Shown here: positions 48,795-58,469 of the stretch, piece after piece
How the letters are laid out: each line of letters opens with the position of its first letter
Numbering within the stretch: the stretch's first letter is position 1
Source of the DNA: Lachnospiraceae bacterium
GTDB taxonomy: Bacteria > Bacillota > Clostridia > Lachnospirales > Lachnospiraceae
Direction of reading: 5' to 3'
Assembly: GCA_024687745.1 (NCBI GenBank)
Contig: JAILEM010000013.1
Coordinates: 559-64,558 of the forward strand
DNA length: 64,000 nt
Translations under genes and position numbers: made by a program
The notes under the pieces: model-generated
The model's input: only the letters and a program-made list of their open reading frames with translations
The model's database searches: none
Told to the model about the DNA's origin: nothing

Positions 48795-49889
48795 ATGCTG
48801 TTTGTTAAAACCGAAGATCTAAAGGAAGGAATGAGACTGGGGAAACCTATTTACAATAAAAAAGGTGTCCTTCTTTATGATATGGATTCAAAGCTTACAA
48901 GTAAGGGTATAGACTCGATCAGGAATTTCGGACTGATGGGTATATATATGCTCGAACCTGCTGAGCCATGTCCTCCGATGACAGAGGAAGATATAGAATT
49001 TGAAAGGTTTCAGACAGTTGCCGTATTTACTATTGAAGAAGAACTTAACAACATGATAAAGAACGGACGGACAAAGAATCTCTATTCTTTTGCTGACCAG
49101 ATAATCAGTAAGTACGGAAGACTGGATCACAAGATCAACTTCGTCCAGAATTTAAGAAGCAGTGATGATTATGTTTATAAGCACTCATTAAATGTTGCGA
49201 TCCTGTGCGCAATGATGGCATACAAAATGGGATTCAGGAATGAGGTACAGATCGAATGTATCATGTCTGCATTGTGTCATGAGATAGGAAAACTCACCAT
49301 ACCGGAGGATGTCCTAAAGGACGCCGATGATCCTGAAGAGGTTATGAACAGATATGAACTGAGCGGGTACAAGATCATTGAAGATGTACTCATGTCAAGC
49401 CCCGGAGTAAAGAGAAACGCGTCCCAGGCTCACATCATCGAAGATTCCGTAATGCACAACAAGCCTTTGGGTAATATGAAGATAGTACTTGGCTCAAGAG
49501 TCCTTGCGGTAGCCGACACCTTTGACAAGCTTACTGCAATGAATCTGTCAAAGGAACCGCTCACATTACTCGGGGCTCTTAAATTTATTCAGAAACATGA
49601 TGATAAATTCGACAAGGAGGCAATAAAGGCTCTTATCGAAAGTATTAATTTTCTGCCTGAAGGATGCAGTGTGGAACTTACAAACGGTGAAAAGGGTCTG
49701 GTCATCGCAGCGAATGATTATGATATTTTCAGACCGGTAATACTCACATACAGTGACAATAAACTCATAGATCTCAGAAATTCGGGAATAATCGACGGTC
49801 TTGGCGTTCTCGATACGGTTAAGAAGTTTGATAAGAGACATGTGATCGATCCCGATACAGTACAGCAGTTTAAAAATAATATCAAATAG
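48795..49889 (+). CDS. HD-superfamily (HD-GYP-like, degenerate) domain protein
   Basis: HSLNVAIL...CHEIGKLTIP...VLAVADTFDKLTA follows the HD-GYP layout. HD is replaced by HE, and the HHExxDGxGYP segment is replaced by AHIIEDSVMHNKPLG. Confidence 0.65.
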   Translation: MLFVKTEDLKEGMRLGKPIYNKKGVLLYDMDSKLTSKGIDSIRNFGLMGIYMLEPAEPCPPMTEEDIEFERFQTVAVFTIEEELNNMIKNGRTKNLYSFADQIISKYGRLDHKINFVQNLRSSDDYVYKHSLNVAILCAMMAYKMGFRNEVQIECIMSALCHEIGKLTIPEDVLKDADDPEEVMNRYELSGYKIIEDVLMSSPGVKRNASQAHIIEDSVMHNKPLGNMKIVLGSRVLAVADTFDKLTAMNLSKEPLTLLGALKFIQKHDDKFDKEAIKALIESINFLPEGCSVELTNGEKGLVIAANDYDIFRPVILTYSDNKLIDLRNSGIIDGLGVLDTVKKFDKRHVIDPDTVQQFKNNIK

Positions 49890-49920
49890 CATATGGATAG
49901 AAGACAGTAACGGTTTATGG

Positions 49921-49957
49921 AAAAACCTCCCCGAGCAGGATCCCGGGGAGGTTTTTT
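49921..49957 (+). terminator. intrinsic terminator
   Basis: CCTCCCCG/CGGGGAGG stem preceded by A5 and followed by T6. Confidence 0.85.
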
Positions 49958-50112
49958 GCCTGCTTCTGACAGATCGGCATAATTCACATTATTCCGGTAT
50001 GATCAGGGGTATTTTTTTGTGAGTCCGATGCCTGTTGTATAAAATTATCAGATGATTATGAACGGCATATTTATTGAAGTTTCACGAAAAAAACTTTTGT
50101 GGATTTTTTTTA

Positions 50113-50141
50113 TTGAATTATTCCTCTGCGATAAATAAAAT
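50113..50141 (+). promoter_or_regulatory. candidate sigma-A promoter for comM-dprA
   Basis: TTGAAT (50113-50118), 17-nt spacer, TAAAAT (50136-50141). Confidence 0.5.
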
Positions 50142-50177
50142 AGTGCATACTTCAAAAAAGACGAAAGGAGAAGAGAC

Positions 50178-51710
50178 TTGTTTGGTTATGTATTGTCAGG
50201 GGGAGTGAACGGTATAGACAGTTATACAGTCAGGGTAGAGGCTGACGTATCAGAGGGAATGCCGGTTTTTGAGCTTGTAGGTTATCTTGGCGTTGAAGTA
50301 AGGGAAGCCAAGGAAAGGGTAAGGACAGCGATAAGGAATTCGGGATATCAGTTTCCGATAAAACATGTGACCATAAATCTCGCTCCTGCCGATATAAGAA
50401 AGTCAAAAACAGGCTATGATCTTGCTATGGCCATTTCTCTATTGCTTGCTGTGGGGAGGATAAAGACGGAAAAAACAGAGAAATGCCTGTTTATCGGGGA
50501 GCTCACATTAAACGGTGAGATAAAAGGCGTTGAAGGGATATTGCCGGTCATTCTGAATGCCGAAAAGGAAGGGATGAAAAGATGCATTATTCCATGTGAA
50601 AATATTCCTGAGGTCCCAATGTCTTCAGGTACAAAGATCATTGCGGTAAGTACCCTTAAGGAGACTGTGGGGTATCTTAACGGGGATATTGAGATTGCGC
50701 CATTAAAGAAGAGGGAAGTAGGCATTGTATATGAAAAGAATGAAAATGATTTCAGATATGTTAACGGACAGAAGATCATAAGAAGGGGTATAGAGGTAGC
50801 CGTATGCGGAATGCATAATGTTCTTATGGTGGGGCCTCCCGGTGCAGGTAAGACTATGATTGCAAAATGCATACCTACAGTGATGCCGAAGCTTAACAGG
50901 GAGGAGAGCCTTGAGGTGTCAAAGATATACAGTGTTGCGGGAAAACTTGCTCCCGGAAGAGGCCTTATAACCGAGCGCCCCTTCGTTGCCCCGCATCATA
51001 CGATAACCGATATCGGAATGATAGGGGGAGGCAGCAGGTTGAGACCGGGAGCTGTATCTTTTGCGCACAGAGGTGTTTTGTTCCTGGACGAATTTCCGGA
51101 ATTTGCGAGGGCTCCTCTGGAGGCCCTGAGACAGCCTTTGGAGGATGGGGAAGTCTGTATTGAGAGAAACAACGGAAGCTGTATATATCCATCGGTATTT
51201 ATGCTGGTGGCTGCCATGAATCCCTGCCCGTGCGGGATGTATCCGGACAGAAGAAGGTGTAACTGTTCGCCTGCATCCATAAAAAGATATATGTCAAGAC
51301 TATCAAGGCCGCTTCTTGACCGTATAGATATTTGTCTGAACGTTAATAAGCCTGATTTTGATGAGATGTTTGCAGAGGAGGAGAATGAGAGCTCGGAAGA
51401 TATAAGGGAAAGGGTTGAGAGGGTCAGATACAGGCAAAGGAAGAGGTATGGTGACCGGGGTATCCTGTTTAATTCCGAAATGTCTCCCGAAGATATAAAA
51501 AATTACTGCAGTCTGGGTGATAAGGAGGAGGAATTTTTAAAAAGCAGCCTTAAGAATATGGATGTTTCGGCAAGATCCTGTCATAAGATATTGAGAGTTG
51601 CAAGGACGGTGGCTGATATGAGTGACAGTGAGGATATAACGGTGAGGGCATTAACGGAAGCCATACACCTTAACAGGATGTATGACGGATCTGCAAAAGC
51701 TGATATCTAG
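50178..51710 (+). CDS. comM: YifB/ComM-family Mg-chelatase-like AAA+ ATPase
   Basis: TTG start 7 nt after AAAGGAG, Lon-like N-terminal domain, Walker A GPPGAGKTM and Walker B LFLDEFPEF. Confidence 0.9.
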   Translation: MFGYVLSGGVNGIDSYTVRVEADVSEGMPVFELVGYLGVEVREAKERVRTAIRNSGYQFPIKHVTINLAPADIRKSKTGYDLAMAISLLLAVGRIKTEKTEKCLFIGELTLNGEIKGVEGILPVILNAEKEGMKRCIIPCENIPEVPMSSGTKIIAVSTLKETVGYLNGDIEIAPLKKREVGIVYEKNENDFRYVNGQKIIRRGIEVAVCGMHNVLMVGPPGAGKTMIAKCIPTVMPKLNREESLEVSKIYSVAGKLAPGRGLITERPFVAPHHTITDIGMIGGGSRLRPGAVSFAHRGVLFLDEFPEFARAPLEALRQPLEDGEVCIERNNGSCIYPSVFMLVAAMNPCPCGMYPDRRRCNCSPASIKRYMSRLSRPLLDRIDICLNVNKPDFDEMFAEEENESSEDIRERVERVRYRQRKRYGDRGILFNSEMSPEDIKNYCSLGDKEEEFLKSSLKNMDVSARSCHKILRVARTVADMSDSEDITVRALTEAIHLNRMYDGSAKADI

Positions 51711-51725
51711 AGAAAGGAAGATCAT

Positions 51726-52832
51726 ATGAAGGATGATATTATGTATGATTACTGGTGGGCATGTATGGGTGAGGGTTACTCAAGAGCTCTTTTATCACTT
51801 GTCATGCAGGCGGGTTCATCCAGAAGACTGTACGAAATGGATGAGCGTTCCATGGCGGGACTTAAAGGTATAAGCAAGGAAAGTGCCCGTATTATAGTAG
51901 AAAAGAGAAAAAGCTGGGATCCGGAAAAGAAATTTGAAGACTTTGGAAAAACAGGGATCAGATTTGTGCCGTATTATCTGAAGGAGTATCCGGAAAAGCT
52001 AAGAAGGATAAGCGGACATCCCTTTGCATTGTTTGTTAAGGGGGAACTGCCTGAAGATGATACTAAAACAGTGGCAGTGATAGGGGCAAGGAATTGCTCT
52101 GAATACGGAAGAAGGGTAGCCTCGGAATTTGGCAGGGGCCTGGCTCTTGCGGGGGTACCTGTCATAAGCGGGATGGCATACGGGATCGATGGGATCGCTC
52201 AGAATGCCTGTCTGGATGAGGGCGGGAGATCCTATGCGGTACTTGGATGCGGGGTAGATATCTGTTATCCGGAGTCAAACAGGAATCTGTATAACAGGCT
52301 CTCCGGTAATGGAGGGATAATATCGGAGTATCCTCCGGGATGTCCACCCAAAGCCTCCCTGTTTCCGCCAAGAAACAGGATAATATCCGCCCTTTCGGAT
52401 CTTGTCATCGTTGTTGAAGCAAGGAAAAGATCCGGAACGCTCATTACCGTTGATATGGCTCTGGAGCAGGGAAAGGATATTGCGGTGGTTCCCGGGAGAA
52501 TAACGGATCCGTTGAGTGAGGGCTGCGTAAGCTTATGGAAACAGGGGGCCATACCGGTATCGGATATAGAGGATATAACAGAGATAATAGGAAAGTCCAA
52601 CATAAAAGGACAAAGAGTCAGGGATGAGAAAGATCATGAGGAAGCACTCATTATAGATGGATCAGAGAATGAAAAACTGATCTTTTCAAGACTTGACCTT
52701 GATCCTAAAAGTATTGAGCAGATAAGAAGGGAAACTATGCTTGAAACCTTTGAACTGATCGAGGGAATAATGTTACTCAGGATAAAGGGACTAATAAGGG
52801 AGGTCGGAAAAGACTGTTATGTAAGAGGATAA
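51726..52832 (+). CDS. dprA: DNA-processing protein DprA
   Basis: The segment VAVIGARNCSEYG...ISGMAYGIDG...SGTLITVDMALEQGKD indicates a Rossmann-like DprA core. Confidence 0.9.
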   Translation: MKDDIMYDYWWACMGEGYSRALLSLVMQAGSSRRLYEMDERSMAGLKGISKESARIIVEKRKSWDPEKKFEDFGKTGIRFVPYYLKEYPEKLRRISGHPFALFVKGELPEDDTKTVAVIGARNCSEYGRRVASEFGRGLALAGVPVISGMAYGIDGIAQNACLDEGGRSYAVLGCGVDICYPESNRNLYNRLSGNGGIISEYPPGCPPKASLFPPRNRIISALSDLVIVVEARKRSGTLITVDMALEQGKDIAVVPGRITDPLSEGCVSLWKQGAIPVSDIEDITEIIGKSNIKGQRVRDEKDHEEALIIDGSENEKLIFSRLDLDPKSIEQIRRETMLETFELIEGIMLLRIKGLIREVGKDCYVRG

Positions 52833-52917
52833 AAATCAGGGTATTATTCTTTCGGTTGATGGGGTATAATCACAATTGTTTGTAAATTATTGTCCGGATA
52901 ATAAATTTGAAAGGAAG

Positions 52918-55167
52918 ATGGCCATGGAATACATCAAAATATCAGAAAACGGTATCAATATAGTATATGGGATCACAGAAGAGGGGTATTTTAAGCTCCT
53001 TCATTTTTCGAAGGCTCCCTTTGAAGAAAAGAAGCTGTATGAGATGTCAAAGGATATAAAGGAAGAGGACAGGATAAGGGAAAAGGAGCTTGCAGAGGAG
53101 ATATTTGAACCCGTACAGCTTAAGCTTTCGGGATATGATTCTCCATGTGAAAAACACGGGAATAAGCATATCTTTTCAAGCCCCGGATATATATTGAAAT
53201 ATACCGGAATGGATGATACAAGGAATGAAAAGGGAAGACATATCAAGATCCTGCTTGAGGATAAGAATGTGACATCCGTAAAGGTTGAAACAGAGCTTCA
53301 GTTTTATGACGGCGTGAGTGTTGTCAGAATGTTTAATACAGTTACCAATACAGGAAAAGAAAAGCAGACACTTGAGGATATCTCTTCATTTTTATATTTT
53401 GGTATAGAAAAAGAGGGTGATGGACTTCCTGAGGATAAGATACATATCAGAGTTCCCTATAACGGATGGCAGAAAGAGATGACGATACTTGACTATGATC
53501 TTGATCGGATCGGTTTTTCAAAGACACAGCCGGGTGTATACCAGAGAACTTCCATGGTATATGAGGTAACAAATACAGGAAACTGGTCAACAAAGAAATA
53601 TCTTCCGTTGGGATATATAGGAAACAGGGAAGCTGATACGGCTCTGTTTTTCCAGATAGAACATAACGGGTCATGGCACTATGAGATAGGAGATCAGAAC
53701 GGACATTATTATATATATGTAAGCGGACCGAATGAGACACAGTCGCACTGGTTTAAAGATCTGGAGCCCGGAGAAAGCTTTACAAGTGTTCCCGTGGCTG
53801 CAGGGGTATCAAAAGACAGCTTTGAGGAAGCATTGGGAGAGCTTACAAGGTACAGAAGGCTTATAAGGAGAAGGAACAGTGATAACGAGAACCTTCCGGT
53901 AATATTTAATGATTATATGAACTGCCTTTTCGGGGATCCCACTACGGAAAAGGAGTTTCCGCTGATAGATGCAGCTGCCGAGTGCGGATGCGAATATTTT
54001 GTTATAGACGCAGGATGGTATTCAAAGGGCCTGTGGTGGGACAATGTAGGTGAATGGAAGGAGTCAAGAGAGAGATTTCCCAACGGTATCAAAGAGGTAA
54101 CGGATCATATAAAAAAGAGGGGGATGGTTCCCGGTGTCTGGCTTGAGCTGGAAGTAATGGGTATTAATTCTGAAATCGCAAAAAAAGCTCCGGATAACTG
54201 GTTCTTTGTAAGACACGGAAAGAGAGTATATGACAGAAGCCGTTTTCAGCTTGATTTCAGAAATCCCGAAGTCAGAGAGTATATTACCGCGGTTGTTGAC
54301 AGGGTAGTTAATGAGTATGGGGCAGGCTATATCAAGCTTGATTATAATATTGAACCCGGTATAGGCACTGAACTCTATGCAGACAGTGTGGGAGACGGCC
54401 TTCTTGGGCATGAGAGGGCTTACCTTGAATGGCTTGATATGATCTTTGAAAAGTATCCCGGGCTTGTTATTGAAAACTGTTCAAGCGGAGGCTTAAGGAT
54501 AGATTATGCCCTTCTTGCAAGATACAGTATCCAGTCCACCTCAGATCAGGAGGATTACAGGAATTATGCAACTATCGCGGCAAACTGTTCTGCAGGTGTT
54601 ACACCCGAACAGGCTGCTATATGGTCCTATCCCATGAACAGGGGGAAGGACGATCCTGAGGAGGTAATATATAATATGGTAAACGCCCTGCTTGTAAGGA
54701 TACACCAGAGCGGACATCTTGCAATGCTCCCTGAGCTTTCCATGGATCTGATAAAGGAAGGAATAGCACTGTACAAGAGGATAAGAAAGGATATAAGGGA
54801 GGGACTTCCGTTTCTTCCGATGGACGTTGCAAACAACAGAGATAAATGGCTTACGGCAGGACTCAAAGCAAAGAATAAGATCTATCTTGCCGTATGGAAA
54901 AGAGATATGGAGGGAAAGATCGATAACAGGTTAAATTCCTCTGAGGAGATAAATGACAGGGATCTGTTCTGTATCCCGCTTGATAAGGAGCTGCTTATAA
55001 AGGATGTAAGACAGGTATATCCCGATCCTTCCGACAGCACTTATCCCGAAGCAAAAATCTCTTATAGATTATGTGATACAGAAGAGGGTATGTATTTTAA
55101 TGTAAGGATGGAAAAGGATGTATGCGCCAGACTGTTCGAGTTTGAATGTGGCAGAGATCTGTGTTAA
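52918..55167 (+). CDS. GH36-family alpha-galactosidase
   Basis: Motifs FVIDAGWY, KLDYN and CSSGGLRIDY. The start is ATG 52918 or 52924; the track TTG at 52876 has no RBS. Confidence 0.85.
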   Translation: MAMEYIKISENGINIVYGITEEGYFKLLHFSKAPFEEKKLYEMSKDIKEEDRIREKELAEEIFEPVQLKLSGYDSPCEKHGNKHIFSSPGYILKYTGMDDTRNEKGRHIKILLEDKNVTSVKVETELQFYDGVSVVRMFNTVTNTGKEKQTLEDISSFLYFGIEKEGDGLPEDKIHIRVPYNGWQKEMTILDYDLDRIGFSKTQPGVYQRTSMVYEVTNTGNWSTKKYLPLGYIGNREADTALFFQIEHNGSWHYEIGDQNGHYYIYVSGPNETQSHWFKDLEPGESFTSVPVAAGVSKDSFEEALGELTRYRRLIRRRNSDNENLPVIFNDYMNCLFGDPTTEKEFPLIDAAAECGCEYFVIDAGWYSKGLWWDNVGEWKESRERFPNGIKEVTDHIKKRGMVPGVWLELEVMGINSEIAKKAPDNWFFVRHGKRVYDRSRFQLDFRNPEVREYITAVVDRVVNEYGAGYIKLDYNIEPGIGTELYADSVGDGLLGHERAYLEWLDMIFEKYPGLVIENCSSGGLRIDYALLARYSIQSTSDQEDYRNYATIAANCSAGVTPEQAAIWSYPMNRGKDDPEEVIYNMVNALLVRIHQSGHLAMLPELSMDLIKEGIALYKRIRKDIREGLPFLPMDVANNRDKWLTAGLKAKNKIYLAVWKRDMEGKIDNRLNSSEEINDRDLFCIPLDKELLIKDVRQVYPDPSDSTYPEAKISYRLCDTEEGMYFNVRMEKDVCARLFEFECGRDLC

Positions 55168-55332
55168 AAAGGCTTATGCTCGTATTTCATTAACAAGGAT
55201 GAACTTCATTGACAGATAAAGGATCGTCCGGGTACTTGACGAAAATTAAAAATATGGTGTATATTGATGGACGATTTAAGCAGATAAAAAAAATGGACAG
55301 AAAAGCAAACTAGCTTTGATACGGAGGAAAAT

Positions 55333-57408
55333 ATGGCTGGTAATCTGGTGATAGTTGAGTCACCCGCAAAGGTTAAGACGATCAAAAAATTTCTTGGTTC
55401 AAATTATGAAGTTCTGGCCAGTAACGGTCACGTCAGAGATCTTCCAAAGAGTCAGCTTGGATTTGATCCCGAAAACGGATATGAACCAAAGTACATTACT
55501 ATAAGAGGAAAGGGAGAACTCCTTGCAAACTTAAGGAAGGCCGTAAAAAAGGCCGACAAGGTTTATCTCGCAACCGACCCTGACCGTGAAGGGGAGGCGA
55601 TATCCTGGCATCTTTCCAAGGCCTTAAATCTGGAAGGAAAGACAGTTAAGAGGATCACATTTAATGAGATAACCAAAAATGCGGTGAAGGAATCTCTTAA
55701 GAATGCCAGAAGTATAGATATGGATCTGGTAGATGCGCAGCAGGCAAGAAGGATGCTTGACAGAATGGTCGGATACAGGATCTCTCCCTTATTATGGGCA
55801 AAAGTCAAAAGAGGCCTGAGCGCCGGGAGAGTTCAGTCTGTGGCCTTGAGGATAGTCTGTGACAGAGAGGCAGAGATAGATGCATTCATCCCTGAGGAAT
55901 ACTGGACCCTGGATGTTAAGCTGAATGTTAAGGGTGAAAAGAAACCGATCATAGTACATTATGTGGGAACTGAAGACGGGAAAGCCGAGATAAGAAATAA
56001 GGAACAGCTGGATTCGGTAATAAAAGAGCTGGATGGCTGTGAATATAAGGTGAGTGAAGTTAAGAAGGGTGAGAGGTATAAAAAGGTACCGCTTCCGTTT
56101 ACCACTTCCACACTTCAGCAGGAGGCCAGCAGAAGCCTTAATTTTTCAACCCAGAAAACCATGAGGATAGCACAGCAGTTATATGAAGGGGTTGATATCA
56201 GGGGAGAGGGTACAGTTGGTATCATCTCGTACCTGAGAACTGATTCCACAAGGGTTTCGGATGAAGCAAGGAACCTGACGGTAGACTTTATCAAAGAAAA
56301 CTATGGTGAAAGATATCTGGGAGAGGGACAGACTAAGAGTAAGAACGGAAAGAAGGTTCAGGATGCCCATGAAGCTATAAGACCTACAGATCCGGGGCGT
56401 ACACCTGTTAAGATAAAAGATTCACTGAGCAGAGAACAGTTAAGACTTTACACATTAATATGGAAAAGATTCATAGCCAGTCAGATGACGCCTGCCGTAT
56501 ATGATACCACTAATGTTAAGATAAGCGCAGGAAGGCATAAATTCAGTATTTCTGCCTCAAAGCTTAAATTTGACGGTTTTATGAGTGTATATACCGACAG
56601 TGAGGACAGTAAGGAAAATGAAAATGTGCTTTCAAAGGAAATGTCTGAAAAAAGTGTCCTTTCCTTTGCACAGTACGATGAAAAACAGCATTTTACCCAG
56701 CCTCCGGCCCATTATACGGAAGCCTCCCTTGTTAAGACCATGGAGGAGCTTGGTATAGGAAGGCCAAGCACTTATGCTCCGACCATAACCACGCTTCTTG
56801 GAAGAAGATATATAGCAAAGGACGGGAAAAATCTGTTTGTTACCGAGCTTGGAGAAGCGGTCAATAAAATAATGACAGAATCGTTTTCCAGCATAGTGGA
56901 TAAGGATTTTACCGCAAATATGGAGATTCTTCTTGATAATGTGGAAGAGGGAAGTGTGGAATGGAAAACCATAATCTCAAATTTTTATCCCGATCTTGAC
57001 GAGGCGGTAAAGGTCGCAGAGAAGGAGCTTGAAAAGGTTACGATAAGAGATGAAGAAACCGATGTGAAATGTGATCTCTGCGGCAGAAATATGGTTATTA
57101 AATATGGTCCTCATGGGAAATTCCTTGCATGCCCCGGCTTCCCGGAATGTAAGAATACCAAGCCCTACCTTGAAAAGATAGGGGTTAAATGTCCTAAATG
57201 CGGAAAAGAGATAGTTGTTCGAAGGACGAAAAAGGGAAGAAGGTTTTACGGATGCGAGGGCTCACCGGAATGTGATTTCATGTCCTGGCAGAAACCAACA
57301 GGTATGATCTGCAAAAAGTGCGGAAGTATAATGGTTGAAAAAGGTAATAAATTACAGTGTATGAATGAGGAATGTAAAAATATAGTAGAAAAAAACAAAG
57401 ATGACTGA
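55333..57408 (+). CDS. topA: DNA topoisomerase I
   Basis: TOPRIM domain (LVIVESPAKVKTI, ATDPDREGE), active-site region ISYLRTDS, and three C-terminal Cys4 zinc ribbons. Confidence 0.95.
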   Translation: MAGNLVIVESPAKVKTIKKFLGSNYEVLASNGHVRDLPKSQLGFDPENGYEPKYITIRGKGELLANLRKAVKKADKVYLATDPDREGEAISWHLSKALNLEGKTVKRITFNEITKNAVKESLKNARSIDMDLVDAQQARRMLDRMVGYRISPLLWAKVKRGLSAGRVQSVALRIVCDREAEIDAFIPEEYWTLDVKLNVKGEKKPIIVHYVGTEDGKAEIRNKEQLDSVIKELDGCEYKVSEVKKGERYKKVPLPFTTSTLQQEASRSLNFSTQKTMRIAQQLYEGVDIRGEGTVGIISYLRTDSTRVSDEARNLTVDFIKENYGERYLGEGQTKSKNGKKVQDAHEAIRPTDPGRTPVKIKDSLSREQLRLYTLIWKRFIASQMTPAVYDTTNVKISAGRHKFSISASKLKFDGFMSVYTDSEDSKENENVLSKEMSEKSVLSFAQYDEKQHFTQPPAHYTEASLVKTMEELGIGRPSTYAPTITTLLGRRYIAKDGKNLFVTELGEAVNKIMTESFSSIVDKDFTANMEILLDNVEEGSVEWKTIISNFYPDLDEAVKVAEKELEKVTIRDEETDVKCDLCGRNMVIKYGPHGKFLACPGFPECKNTKPYLEKIGVKCPKCGKEIVVRRTKKGRRFYGCEGSPECDFMSWQKPTGMICKKCGSIMVEKGNKLQCMNEECKNIVEKNKDD

Positions 57409-57437
57409 CAATTTGTTTAAAAGTCTTTCAATTGGTA

Positions 57438-57466
57438 TTGATTTTTTTGTCACAGTGTGATATAAT
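57438..57466 (+). promoter_or_regulatory. sigma-A promoter with extended -10 for codY
   Basis: TTGATT (57438-57443), 17-nt spacer, TGaTATAAT (57458-57466). Confidence 0.65.
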
Positions 57467-57507
57467 TCCATCAGGAAGTGGTTCTATATGTTAAAAGGTT
57501 GATCAGG

Positions 57508-58284
57508 ATGAGCAGTGTACAGTTACTTGACAAGACAAGAATGATAAACAGGCTTCTTCATAACAATAACAGCAGCAAGGTCGTCTTCAATGATATCTGT
57601 GATATTTTAAAGGGGATCCTGGATTCGAACATTCTTGTTATAAGTAAAAAAGGCAAGATATTAGGACAGGGATCGAGACCCGATATAAAAAGCATTGACA
57701 AGTTCAGTAAATACAAGATGGGAAGCTTTATCGATAAAGATCTTAATGACAGGCTGTTGGAGATCCTTTCGACGAAGGAGAATGTAAATCTTGAAACCCT
57801 GGGTTTTGATGAAGAGTTCTCTCAGAAATATCAGGCGCTCATAACTCCTGTTGATATTGCCGGAGAAAGACTCGGTACTCTGTTTTTTTATAACCTTAAT
57901 GATCGATACAATATTGACGATATAATATTATGTGAGTACGGAGCTACCGTTGTCGGACTTGAAATGTTAAGAGCCGTCACCGAAGAGGATACGGAGGAAA
58001 AGAGAAAAAAGCAGGGAGTGAGAGCTGCTATAGGAACGCTGTCCGCGACAGAGCAGGAAGCGATCTGCCACGTTTTTGATGAACTCGGAGGGATGGAAGG
58101 AATACTTGTAGCCAGCAAGATAGCTGACAGAGTCGGTATAACAAGATCTGTCATAGTGAATGCACTCAGAAAATTCGAAAGTGCCGGAGTTATAGAATCA
58201 AAGTCATCGGGAATGAAGGGTACTTACATAAAGGTATTGAATCCCGCAGTATTTGAAGAGGTAGAAGCTCTTAAGGAAAAATAA
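57508..58284 (+). CDS. codY: GTP/BCAA-sensing global regulator CodY
   Basis: MSSVQLLDKTRMINRLL N-terminus, GAF-like domain, and a C-terminal wHTH (ASKIADRVGITRSVIVNALRKFESAG). The track GTG at 57478 lies at or upstream of the predicted TSS (~57473). Confidence 0.95.
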   Translation: MSSVQLLDKTRMINRLLHNNNSSKVVFNDICDILKGILDSNILVISKKGKILGQGSRPDIKSIDKFSKYKMGSFIDKDLNDRLLEILSTKENVNLETLGFDEEFSQKYQALITPVDIAGERLGTLFFYNLNDRYNIDDIILCEYGATVVGLEMLRAVTEEDTEEKRKKQGVRAAIGTLSATEQEAICHVFDELGGMEGILVASKIADRVGITRSVIVNALRKFESAGVIESKSSGMKGTYIKVLNPAVFEEVEALKEK

Positions 58285-58318
58285 AACAGAATATACTTAT
58301 GAACGGATTTATAAGTGG

Positions 58319-58366
58319 AAAAAAACGGATTTTGACCATGGGCCTGATCCGTTTTTTGCTTTTTTG
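58319..58366 (+). terminator. intrinsic terminator after codY
   Basis: A7-CGGAT ... ATCCG-T6 hairpin followed by a second T6 run. Confidence 0.75.
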
Positions 58367-58441
58367 ATCTTATATTTGGTATAGAGCTATAAAAGAATGC
58401 GCTATATAGTGTGTTTTTTATCAAAAATCGCTTGTAATTTG

Positions 58442-58469
58442 CATCAAAGCCATTATAATAGAATAGGGT
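58442..58469 (+). promoter_or_regulatory. candidate sigma-A promoter of the flagellar (fla/che-type) operon
   Basis: TTGTAA (58442-58447), 16-nt spacer, TATAAT (58464-58469). Confidence 0.55.

Noticed and set aside
50052-50138. A 28-codon sORF (MIMNGIFIEVSRKKLLWIFFIELFLCDK) in the intergenic region upstream of comM.
   Set aside because: It has no Shine-Dalgarno sequence, it overlaps the predicted comM promoter and a T8 run, and its composition reflects AT-rich DNA. There is no evidence for translation.
58302-58353. AACGGATTT occurs twice (58302-58310 and 58324-58332) upstream of the complementary ATCCGTT, suggesting alternative pairings and an attenuator after codY.
   Set aside because: The first copy lies only ~15 nt after the codY stop, there is no downstream ORF to regulate before the terminator, and the second copy already forms a conventional terminator with flanking A and T runs. 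It is most simply a bidirectional-style terminator with a chance partial repeat.
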